Under the pieces are notes generated by a model. The model did no database searches. It worked only from the letters and a program-made list of their open reading frames with translations, and had not been told where the DNA came from. Both the position numbers and the translations under genes were made by a program. A stretch of 64,000 bases of DNA from Epiperipatus broadwayi. Lineage: Eukaryota > Animalia > Onychophora. Below are positions 53,538-64,000 of the stretch, in pieces. Positions within the stretch are counted from its first letter, which is position 1, and the number at the start of each line of letters is the position of its first letter. Location of the stretch: positions 5,456,001-5,520,000 of the forward strand of contig JAQFVV010000007.1 in the NCBI GenBank assembly GCA_028023455.1. The letters are read 5' to 3'.

Positions 53538-54452
53538 ATTAGAGAAGATTGTTAAACCATTTGAAATTCGCAGCTGTATCCACCCTAATTCTAACTCACA
53601 TGCATCGCATAAATTTGCTGGCCTTAATGCATTTTTGTTTAGAAACTTTTATTTATGTAAATATGAAGCAGACAGGAAAGAAAACATAAACAACTATATT
53701 AAAGATCTATTAGCAGCAGAGTTCAAATTCAAAGCTATTAAAAATAAAATCATAAAATTTAATAATACAATAAACAATAATGTATCTCACACCAATCTAC
53801 CTAGAATAACAATCCCCTACATTCCTAAAATATCTAACAAACTAATGAAAGCATTAAACAATAAATTTAACATAGCAGTTAGAACTCCACCTAATTCTAA
53901 TAGATTAATTAACAACTCTAAAGACCACATTGATCAATCGTTCACCCCACACATGGTGTACTCTATTGCCTGCCCTCAGGCCAGATGCCACACTATATAT
54001 TATGGTGAAACAAAAGCTACAGTCAATACTAGACTGGCTCAACATCTTTACACATTTAACAGACCTCAGAAGAACAGCAACATATCCTCTGTATTTTTGG
54101 AGCATGCTAAACAGTCTGGTCACAACTTCACACCCGCCAATCCCATAATATTGTGCTCAGAATCAAATGATCACAGAAGAAAAATAAAGGAGGCATTTTA
54201 CATTAATGGAAACATCCATGCCATTAATAGGAAAGACACTTGATCTCGAAGAAATGGGCTATATAATACTAGCTTATTTGAATATTTGTATTTGCATATA
54301 TTTTATTATACATTTTATGAAGGCTATGAATATGAGGCATGGATCCTTGAAAACGTTAAGCCGATAAACTTTAATACTAATTTATATCTTTTCTAATTAA
54401 CAATTATAAATGTTTTTTTGTTTTACATAATAGTGAGAAGTAAAACTATATT
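53538..54452 (+). mobile_element. 5'-truncated Penelope-like element (thumb, GIY-YIG, 3' UTR) nested in the larger PLE
   Basis: ORF 53635-54243: VYSIACP..IYYGETK..RLAQH..GHNF..KIKEAFYI; flanked by TATTGATTTTTTA at 53525-53537 and 54453-54465. Confidence 0.9.
54322..54362 (+). ncRNA. Minimal type I hammerhead ribozyme candidate with A3-U8 core
   Basis: GGCT-ATGAATA-T-GAGG-catggat-CCTT-GAAA-ACGTT-A-AGCC: stem I GGCT/AGCC, stem II, palindromic AACGTT stem III, UUA triplet; 79 nt after the GIY-YIG stop. Confidence 0.75.
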
Positions 54453-56316
54453 TATTGATTTTTTATAAAATTGATCAATTTTTTTAGTAATTAATCTGTA
54501 TCTGAAGCCGACGCTTACTAAATCCTTTATGTAGCTTGCAATATTGGCCTTCCCATCAGCTTTGAATTTACATAAATTTTGATTCCTAAATAAAAACACA
54601 TTTAGGCCTGCGAATTTATGTGATGTAGGTGAATTAGAGTTTGAGTGGGTGAATCATACAATAATGCAGCACTTTGCCTTCTTTATGGACTAGCAAATCG
54701 AAATATTTTAGTTTCTGTCATTCGTTCTCCCAGATGGTATTCATGATTAATTGAGTTTGCAGCTGTAATTCATTTTGAATGTTTGTGATTATATCTCTTG
54801 GAGCTGCAATGAACACATCATCAACATAATGTGAGTATATTAATCCAGGAGTGTTAGCTTGGTGTTTAGAGATGATTTGCTTTTTGAAGAAGTTAAAAAA
54901 TGTGCTAGAAATTACCCCACTTAAGGGAAGACCCATCGACCAACCATCTTTCATATCATACCATTTACCTCAAAAGTTGTAAAAATGTTATTGTCCAATT
55001 AAGGAAGGCTAGGATAAAGTTCATTCATTCAGCTGGACAATGATTACTTATTAATTCTTTGTGAACGATGTTGATTGACCACTTCCTGTTAATCAATCCA
55101 TATAATTCTGTCACATCCATGGCTGCAATCTCAAAATCTTGATCTATTAATGTATTCTTAATTTTTCTAACAAAATTGAAGGAAGACTTAATTGTGTTGT
55201 CACCAAAGCCTACACTATCAACCAAACCTTGGTTTACCAGCTTAGCAGTTTCAAAGTAATGAACTCCTCCAAAATCTAGCATTAGTCTTGAAGGCTCACC
55301 ATGTTTTTATAGCTTTGAGTTGGCAAACAACCTTGGTGGCAGATGGATAAATTCAGTAATATTCTGCTCTAGATATGCCTTTGTAATCTCTGAGAATTGA
55401 GGTGATAAATTTCTCTCTATTAAGCTTGTTGTTAAAATTTTCCACTAAATTAAATTTTAACTTTCTGATTTAAGTCATCATTTTTTTTTATAATCCAAGA
55501 GCACAAACCTGTTGCTGTTGTCTTCTTTGATATATATATAATGCTGTTAGGTTCTAAGAAATGTTTGGTCTTTTTAATGTTGGTATTCCTGCAGTCAAAT
55601 CTCACATACATTTGTTTATGTCATATAGATTTAGTAATATTGGAAATAATGTTGTCTCTCTGATGATTGGTTAAAAGACTTGATTCTGTGTCTGCGAGTA
55701 ATTCCACTTTTGGGAATCTCCATTGTCCTCCAACAAATTTAGGTCCCAGTGATAAAACTGTTTTTACTTCTGCTGGAGGAGTAGCGGCTGCTCTGTTGAT
55801 GTAGTTCTCTTTAGCTGTGTAAATATCAATATTTTGTTTTTCCATGAAGAAAATTATTTTGCACTTGAACCTACGAGCAAAATTTCTTTTGGAGATGTCA
55901 AGTTTTTTTATTATCCATGGAGGCAAGATTTTATTTGCAATAATCTTCCACCATCTTTTATTTTCTTTCTTCAATGCGCACTTGCACCCTTTAATAATAA
56001 AGGTGAGGAGATGCGTTTGTAATTGTTTTGTAATTTTGTCATGGTTATGTATTGATCTATCTGTTTTATCTGTTTTTAGTTTACAGCAATTTGGAAAAAT
56101 ATGAAAATATCTGCATCTTAATAAGAACTCAAGTCTCTGTTGGAGTAATCTAATAGATATTCCTAAACATAAAATGTATTTTTCTTTAGTATTATTCATG
56201 TCTGTAAAATAATTTAGTATACTTTTCCAAAAAACATAATAGTATATACAAGTGTTTTAACATGCTGGGTGAAGAAGCTGTTAATGATAAAAAAAACAAT
56301 TAAATTAATTAATGCA

Positions 56317-56357
56317 GGCCTAGTGCTGTTGAGGTTTTGTCCCTCATATTCATAACC
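56317..56357 (-). ncRNA. Hammerhead-like motif, A3-U8 core (GAAA mutated)
   Basis: GGTT-ATGAATA-T-GAGG-gacaaaa-CCTC-AACA-GCACT-A-GGCC. Confidence 0.55.
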
Positions 56358-56629
56358 AAAACATTTTAAATCGTTGTTGTGATATTGATAAATGGTAATG
56401 TATGTAAATGTGTATGTAAATTAACTTGTCCATTTTCTGGAGATAGAAAAACATGTCACATCTATTGATCGCATTGTTATTGTTGATGATAAAATATGCT
56501 TCTTTAATCTTTCTCTTACAATCATTAGCCTCAGCACACACTATTTTGGGGTTGGAGGGTTGTATTAATATATAGATGAATTTTTAAGAAAAAGGTGGTT
56601 ACAAAATTCTAAAGACTAAAAACTTTAAA

Positions 56630-56952
56630 ATAATAGAGATAACAAAATTTTATATATCAAATGCTTTTATTGATTGTGCACTAAAAAGCAAAAAAAAAAA
56701 TTTTTTTCAACCACAATTGAAGTTTTTAGATTTAACTTGAAATAAAAACATGGGGGGTGTCCAAAAATTAATTAAGTCAATTTTTTATAACAAAAGATTG
56801 ACTTAATTAATTTCTGGCCATCCTATGCTTTTATTTCAAGTTAAATCTAAAAACCCCAATTGTGATTGAAGAAAAAATCATTTTTTTTGCTTTTTAGTTT
56901 ATAGTCAAGTAAAGCATTTAATATATAAAAAAAACTTTTTGATCTCTATTAT
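56630..56952. mobile_element. Imperfect foldback MITE
   Basis: Arms centred on aattaattaagtcaat...attgacttaattaatt; single-arm relatives at about 32325-32370 and 32470-32635. Confidence 0.8.
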
Positions 56953-57843
56953 AAAAAAAATAAAGACTAACTTATTTATTTTAACTAAATTTATTTCAAA
57001 TAAATTATTTTAAAAATTTGATATTGGACCAAAGGATAATTAAATACTAATAATTTTTTAAAATCCATTATATTTTATTTATTGAAATTCTTGGAAAATT
57101 AATTTCTTTTAAGCTTTGGTTCAGGTTTTGAAAATGTTTTTAATTTCAATTAAAAATATTTTAGGTATTACATTAACTGAGTGTCATGTATAAGCATGTG
57201 GGTTTGTTTAATTAAATAATTTTATAAACAGTAACAACTAAAATACTTGCTGATTTATTAATTGAAAAATGTACTTTGCATAGTTGGTAATAATATAAAA
57301 AGGCTGGCTCAGAAAATAATAAAAGTCTGTTGGTCTTTGCTTTTGCCTACTCAACATGGAGCTTCAAGCAGCAACAGAAAGAATTGACATGCATTGCTCA
57401 TTGTGACAAAAAAGAATACTATTACAGAATGGAGCCCATAAATATCAGGATGTTGAACCCTGCTGGCTCTATTTGTTTCAATGCTGTATCAAGTATCTTT
57501 ACATATGTTAATCTGTAGTTTAATAGATGTCATCAGCATAAAAGAGAACAAATTTTCAAGACAATATTTGTAAATATAACATGATTGTGACTAAGCATTA
57601 AAATTGACAAATAGAATGACTTTGCTAGTAAACTACCTAAGAGCTCTCTTGTCAAAAACATACATATTTAAATACAATTCCACTTTTATAGAAAACAATA
57701 TCTGCTTGGTCATATCTTGGACTTAAGGTAACTTGTTTATTTATTTTATGAACTATTTGATAACTTTTAAGCTTTGATTATCAATAAGCCAGTTATATTT
57801 AGAGATCTTGGTCAATTTTTAATTCAATTTAGTTGATGTCATG

Positions 57844-57878
57844 TAAACAGGCAAAACTCTCCTTACAGTAGTGCCACT
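57844..57878. mobile_element. Isolated TIR of AAACAGGCAAAACTC MITE family
   Basis: taaacaggcaaaactctccttacagtagtgccact. Confidence 0.75.
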
Positions 57879-59070
57879 CGGAAGTGGTGATCATAAGATG
57901 ATTTAATGTAATGTTTATTTTTTATAGTAACTTACTTTTAATACTTATATTTTACCACACTTGATTTAATTCCAGGTATTTGATATATTGTTGTATGTTT
58001 TCAATATTTTTAAATATTTTATTCTAAAGGTATAGACATTATTTTTTATAAATTTATTATTGAGATAAAAGAAAATCAGTTTTGTTTCTTAAAATGTCTT
58101 TTTTGCCTCCTAAAGTGTTTTAAAATAACTTCTGTGATTTTCATAATAAAAATTTAGTTTTAAAATAATCAACATTAAGTTTTACATCAATGTTTCTCAT
58201 AAAGAAAAAGTTTTGCATATAAGAAAAATCTAGTTATTTTGAATAGTTAATTAAGATAGTCCCAAATCATCAATGTTAATCAATATATGTGTATGAAATG
58301 TGATGTGCATGTATCATAAAAATAATCCAGAAAGTTAATTTTATTTTATTTAAATTTGTAGGCAGTTTGCCCTGTTTACTTTCTTCACTTCACATACACA
58401 TCTTAAATTAGATTGTTATATATATGTGTGTGTGTGTGTCTTTTATATAATGATCCTTATTTTAACTATCACACTCAAGTTTGTATATGTTTACTTTTCT
58501 TCCCATTATATATTATTCTCACGTGAAATATTCATAGATGATTTTGCTTCAGGTTCAAAAATATTTCCTTACATGAATTTTATTTTATTTGAGAGCCTAT
58601 TTATTGTTGTTTTCCTTTTAATGTGGTGTGGATCAAATGCATAGTGTATAGATCTAATATGTAATGACATCTATTTTGTAAACCTTTCTAGTTAATTAAA
58701 GTGGCTTTGTTAGTGCTTGTTTTTTATGCAAAAGTGAAATATCTTTGTCCACACATCTTATCTTAGACACATATCTAACAAAATCAGATAAATAATAAAA
58801 TACCAATCTTCAGAAATGATAAACCATTATCTATTTTTTTTTGTGCAATATACTAACGTAAAAGGGGCAATTTTAGTTTGTACTTTAATAATATTATAAT
58901 GAACTATTAAAAATCTTTTTATTACATCAGTTGATAGTGTTTGTTTACTGTTCTCTATGCTGCCAATTCATATTTCTAAAGAATCTCATTTGTTCTTTGC
59001 AATCTGGAGGCAGATTAAAATGTTTATGAGTAATAGTGTAGCTGTGTAGTCGTATTCTAGGCTGTTGGTC

Positions 59071-59089
59071 TAGTGGCGCCATCTGGTGT
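59071..59089 (-). promoter_or_regulatory. CTCF-like motif
   Basis: Minus strand ACACCAGATGGCGCCACTA versus consensus CCACYAGRKGGCRS. Confidence 0.4.
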
Positions 59090-59218
59090 TGGATATTAGT
59101 GTGCTTACTGTCCATACAATATTTATGGATAATTTTCTGAATATATTTTTGAGACTAGTATTTTTTCTGTAATTATTACAATTTAATCTAAGTGATAGTA
59201 ATAACTTGTGCGATGTTA

Positions 59219-59273
59219 TGACCTGGGCCAATTGCTGAATGCTGTTTTAGCTTGAAATGTATCTTGAGGAACA
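59219..59273 (+). ncRNA. Decayed sibling of the 16416-16470 hammerhead
   Basis: TGACCTGGGCCAA-TTGCTGA-ATGCT-gtttt-AGCTT-GAAA-TGTAT-C-TTGAG; core has two substitutions. Confidence 0.55.
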
Positions 59274-59590
59274 TTTACCTTTTTAATATGTCTCTATTTA
59301 TGTGATTAAATAATATATGGTGTTTTTTCAAGCTAATTATTCATTCTCAGAAGCATGTAAAACATTTATGTAAGAATTGATGCCAATTTTTTGTTGGATA
59401 ACCCTGTGAGAATGACTGCAGCTGATTTAATTGCAGAAAAATAAGAGATAAGAATAAAGGAAAAAAGTTCAATGGTTTTATAATGACTATACACAGCACT
59501 CATTGACACAGAGTTACATTTTTATATCATTTAGCAAACTTCTTTCAGAAGATCTTATTTATTTTTATTCTATCATCACAGTATTTTCTA

Positions 59591-59867
59591 AAACAGGCAA
59601 AACTCACTATATATATTGCCACACACAACAAGCTAGAGTAATCAATGGATGCCAGAAGGCTTGTGCATAAAATCCCCATCTAGTGCCTACTCATCCAATA
59701 TACCCAAACTAGTTTCTGGCTTATGGCCATTGTCAGTGAGGAGTCTTGGATCTGAGAGCACTGCATCTAGATCTAAGGATCTAATGCAACCCTCCAGCAA
59801 CCACCTTTTACCTCCATTTAACTAGCTTGCTGTGTGTGGCAATATATATAGTGAGTTTTGCCTGTTT
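59591..59867. mobile_element. Longer member of AAACAGGCAAAACTC MITE family
   Basis: TIRs aaacaggcaaaactcactatatatattgccacacaca / tgtgtgtggcaatatatatagtgagttttgcctgttt. Confidence 0.85.
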
Positions 59868-61290
59868 TTAACAACAATTATACACAAGCATAAGAGGAGG
59901 TGGTCATGTGATGTAGTATTTTCTAAATGAAAACAATCAGTTTATATCATTTATTTCAAATATTTTACTTTCATATTTATGCTATTTTTAAATATATGTA
60001 AAATTCAGTTGTTTTTTAATCATTAACGGCTTTTAATTTATTTTCATTCTGTTACTAATACTGGAATTTTTAATATTTTTCATTTAGTACTGATCTATTT
60101 GCCTATCTATATACCATTTCTCTTTGTTTTTTAAAAACACTGCTTTCATGTCAAGAAATATTACTGGAATAAATAATCAGTCTTCAAGAAGTTTTTGATT
60201 TGGGAAAGGGATTTATTGTACTATTAAGTAATTTATAAATTCAAAGTTGAATCTAAAACCTCATTACTTTCCATTGACAGTCTTTCTTTGCAAACTTCTA
60301 GTATTATTTGTTTTTTTAACTTCTTCTTTGGTTTCAAGAGAATGGGATGTTGTGATACCTAATATCGACTTACAAATATATAATTTCAAACAACCTCTTT
60401 TGATGTGTAATTGGCAGAATTGGTTTGGAATTTTTTTTATTTCTCATTAAAAATTTTAAATTTCTTCTTTCTTATTTGCTCATTATAATATTAATTTCAT
60501 AATCTTTTGTTTTCATTCTACATCTGGAGCTTTCAGGAAAATTTTTTACACTTGAGTACATTGGATATTTTTGTCAAATTTATAAAATTACTATAGTCCT
60601 TTAACTTATTTTTATTAATCATTAGAATGGTAGGTAGTTCAGAGTTTAAGGCATGGAATAATGTAGAGTATACAATATATGTTTTGCATATAGAATTAAT
60701 ATTTACTTTCCAATAAAAGTTATTTGTATAATTAAAAACTTTTTGTCATAAGATTTCATTCTTTTAATATGCATCCATATAAATATGTAGTAAAGTCAAT
60801 TAATCAAACTAAAAGAAAAAACATTAGTCACTAATATTTAATGCAAAGAAAAAAACTGACAATTAATAACTGAGAACTCTTCCAGGAAAACTTCAAACAG
60901 TTTTCAATCACAATATGTATACATCTTAAGATATAGATATGGTGATATATTTAAATCAGAAATTTCAGGTTTAATCCCTGATAATTACACATATATGCAT
61001 TTTTCAAAGACATTTTCTCTTCTTGAATAAAATCATTTATTTCTAATTAAAATATGCATCATCATGTCTTTGTATTGAATGGGACTGTTGCTATGACTTC
61101 ATGAACAACTGAGAGAGTCAGTTGCAGGACAAAATACATATAATATCAAAACTGTAGTCTTTTTTTTTTTTGCCTTAATATGAGTAACTAGTTCTTCATT
61201 TCTTTTTTAAGGGTTTGTTTGTGGTTTAAATAGTCAGTTTTTTTTACATATACTTAAATGTTTTATTATAAATTTATTTAAATGCACAAA

Positions 61291-61365
61291 TAATATTCAT
61301 TAAGGCTGTAGCCTCAATCGCATTTTATACGCATGTGATTGAGGCTACAGCCTTAATGAATATTA
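61291..61365. mobile_element. Small hairpin MITE, sibling of 39265-39383
   Basis: Same TIR with an internal deletion. Confidence 0.85.
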
Positions 61366-62468
61366 AATGTTTTATATATATTTGAGTCATTACAAAACTT
61401 TATATAGAAATAAATAAGGTAACCCAGAGTGGTTAAAAAGTAAAACTAGATATAAAAATAATTCAATATTTTTTAAAAAGTATGTCATTTTATTTTACAT
61501 TCTTGTTTTGTTTCACACATTATATATGTTATAATATAGAATTATCTTTCAAAAAAAAAACTAATAATATTTTATATGCTGCAAATAAGTTATTAGATAT
61601 CAAATTGATAAAAACTATTAATTTCACTGTTTAAAAATGGATTCATTATTATAATTATGGAAACCCTTCATGTCATTACAGGTCACCATGCATTATAAAC
61701 CTTTCCGTGAATTATACAATTTTAAATTATGTATCCTGCTAACCAAAGTTAGGTTATTTAAACCTGGTTCTTGTTTTTTGGGGTGAGAGTTTCTAGATTG
61801 ATTAACTACCTTTTTCTTATTGTCCATATTTTCAAGTTTTTTCAGCCCTATAATACAAAGGCAGTAATATTATTTTCATATCATTAACTTTCACTATCCA
61901 ACTTTGATTTCTATAATAAGTTATAAAAAATATCACAGCATGAACAATTGTGATTTTTATCTTTAAAGATATATCACTCTATCTAAAAAACTTTTTTAGG
62001 TTTTACACAGCATATTGTTTGCACACTATTATTATGTGGTATATTTGTTGACTATTAGTTTACTAAAGAATTATTAGGAGGCCAAAGCCTATTAATTGTT
62101 TTTATGTTTTCATTATCAAATTTGACTTCTTTAACTGTTTTAAGCTGATTTGAGATCCTATTTATTTTCATCTTTAAATATGGTGTCATCAACAAATCTG
62201 TGTTGCCCTTCTGCTAATCTGTTTTCTATCATTACATATTCAATATATAATTTAAATACACAATATAAAAGTATGAAACATTTTTAACTTTTGAGTAGAG
62301 ATTAAGTTAATTTGTTTTATCATGTTCAACTTTTACGGTATATCTTCTAACCTCATCAGAATATTCTTTATAAGAATAAAGTATTCTCATATGATTATTT
62401 TCTCTAATTCATGATAATGAACCTAATTGAAAGCTTAGTTATAATCACTACAAAAGACATCTTTGTCA

Positions 62469-62772
62469 TAGCTGTATTTTTATATTGGACTATTTCCATC
62501 ATCTAATATGTGTGTTGAATGTCTTTAGAAAAGTTTAATTTTAGTTAAATATTCCAAATGCATTCAACTGTTAGTAATATCACAGCAAACAGGTTAGTAT
62601 ATGCAGTTAGTGCATATACTAACCTGTTTGCTGTGATATTACTAACATTTGTTTGCTGTGATATTACTAACAGTTGAATGCATTTGGAATATTTTACTAA
62701 AATTAAACTTTTCTAAAGACATTCAACACACATATTAGATGATGGAAATAGTCCAATATAAAAATACAGCTA
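62469..62772. mobile_element. Foldback element with ~140-bp arms and a 5-nt loop
   Basis: tagctgtatttttatattggac...gtccaatataaaaatacagcta; centre tgca-gttag-tgca; a ~25-bp duplication in the right arm only. Confidence 0.92.
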
Positions 62773-62899
62773 GAACACCATCATCACAAACCTTCAGAAA
62801 AACACATCTTTGTTATATTTCTTGGCCTTCTTTGTCAAGCAACTCATTAGCAAAAATATTTTTAAATCCTTGCTCTTGTCTTAAGAATATATTTGGCAG

Positions 62900-63900
62900 T
62901 TCCTTTTCAATATGAAGCTGAATGTCTTTCAAAAAAATTATTTAATGAGTGGTGTATTATAGCATATTAGTTTTATAGTCAATATTTTTTTGCTATAGTG
63001 ATTTAACTTTCTCCCAACCAGAAACCATTAAATCATTTTTCTGATTAACATAATTTGGTCACTATATTTGTTGCTTGTTTTTTATTTTCCCTGCAAGAAT
63101 CATTTTTTGAAATAATTTATAGATGGATCTGATCTCAAATTTCATTAACAAAAATTCTGTGTCTTTTTACTTCTGCTACTAATATGAATAAAACACAAAG
63201 ATCTTTCTTTATAGTTCCTGATAGTTCTAAGATAAAAAAAAAACCAACAAAAGCCAACTAATATAATGCAGTTTGATGGTTTGCATGAATGGCTTTTTTA
63301 ATATTTACAATTATCACAGACCAAAGTAAATTGTGATCCTTATTCCCTTAAACTTGTTGTCAGAAGTTGTTGGTTAGAGACATAAGGTGTTAGAATCTCA
63401 TGACCTTGGTAACAATTTGATGATGTTCTTTTATTTGACTATTCTACAATTGCAGATTATTTTTAATTGAAGAAAAATTATATGAATTAGAAGAACTCTA
63501 ACATTTGATGGAAAAATTGTTTGACTTCATAAAGTTAGAAGAAAAAATGAGATAGTCAATTTAGAAAATAAACATATATCTTACTCCAAAGCACCAGTGA
63601 AATGGAATTCATTCTAGGAAATGAATAATATTGTGAATATTTATGGTGTATCAGACAGAATGACAAATTTTAGCAAATAAACTTAATGAAAAATATTAAA
63701 TACAGATAATTCAATTTCATGCCACATTGAGTTTTGATTGTGATAAAAAAGTAAAGATTTTTATATAAATATAAAAATACTTTTGGGGGTTACACCTAAT
63801 AAGATTTTAAAATTGTTATGGGAGAATTATATGTTTTAATTATAGAAAGTTGAAAGTGATATGGGTAAATTTGGCTTTAGTGACAGAAATAAAAAGATAG
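62900..63900 (+). mobile_element. Highly decayed RTE-like RT remnant
   Basis: Vestigial PY.LNLV..VL...DI...W..QFDDV-like segment at about 63320-63430. Confidence 0.3.
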
Positions 63901-64000
63901 CATAGATTTGTGAAATTTGCAGAAAAAAATATATCTATTATAAATTTTTTCTTTGAAAAAAATCCTAAATTAAAATGAACTTAGAAGCATTTAAATGAAA

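Larger units (their letters stand above)
52860..56560 (-). mobile_element. Penelope-like element with two pseudo-LTRs, interrupted by an antisense PLE
   Basis: 5' pLTR about 56560-56235; ORF from 56199 (LEFLLRC, LSLGPKF, AAMDVTELY, GWSMGLPLSG, YVDDVF); GIY-YIG 53460-52990; 3' pLTR to 52860 is a direct repeat of the 5' pLTR. Confidence 0.92.

Noticed and set aside
6429-60450. Most short ORFs in the supplied track (for example 6429, 14309, 17533, 26715, 39017, 46760, 58426, 60247)
   Set aside because: Low-complexity F/I/L/Y-rich translations of AT-rich DNA or antisense shadows of TE ORFs.
1-64000. CRISPR arrays, rRNA or tRNA genes
   Set aside because: None seen; the repeats are tandem or inverted without unique spacers, and the DNA is eukaryotic intron.

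Overview
Very AT-rich, CpG-depleted eukaryotic DNA, probably from an invertebrate or arthropod (inference). The window is mostly intron of one + strand gene, an M13 zinc metallopeptidase (neprilysin/endothelin-converting-enzyme-like). Seven small GT-AG exons (3801-42116) splice in frame and give the VNAYY, HELTH (HExxH) and GENIADNGG motifs. The N-terminal exons and the last exon were not found in the window. The introns are full of decayed mobile DNA: RTE LINEs, an Ingi/Vingi-like LINE, several Penelope-like elements (PLEs), hairpin MITEs, a 111-bp minisatellite, and a complete non-autonomous Mag-type LTR element whose gag runs in frame into a long coiled-coil ORF instead of pol. The most interesting signal is a set of minimal type I hammerhead ribozyme motifs at PLE 3' ends. 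One is an intact canonical copy and several are decayed canonical copies. Four more, from at least three PLE subfamilies, carry a non-canonical core in which the C3-G8 pair is replaced by A3-U8 (ATGAATA; ATTAATA in one copy), with co-varying stem II and a palindromic stem III. All calls were made by eye; no database search or folding program was run.
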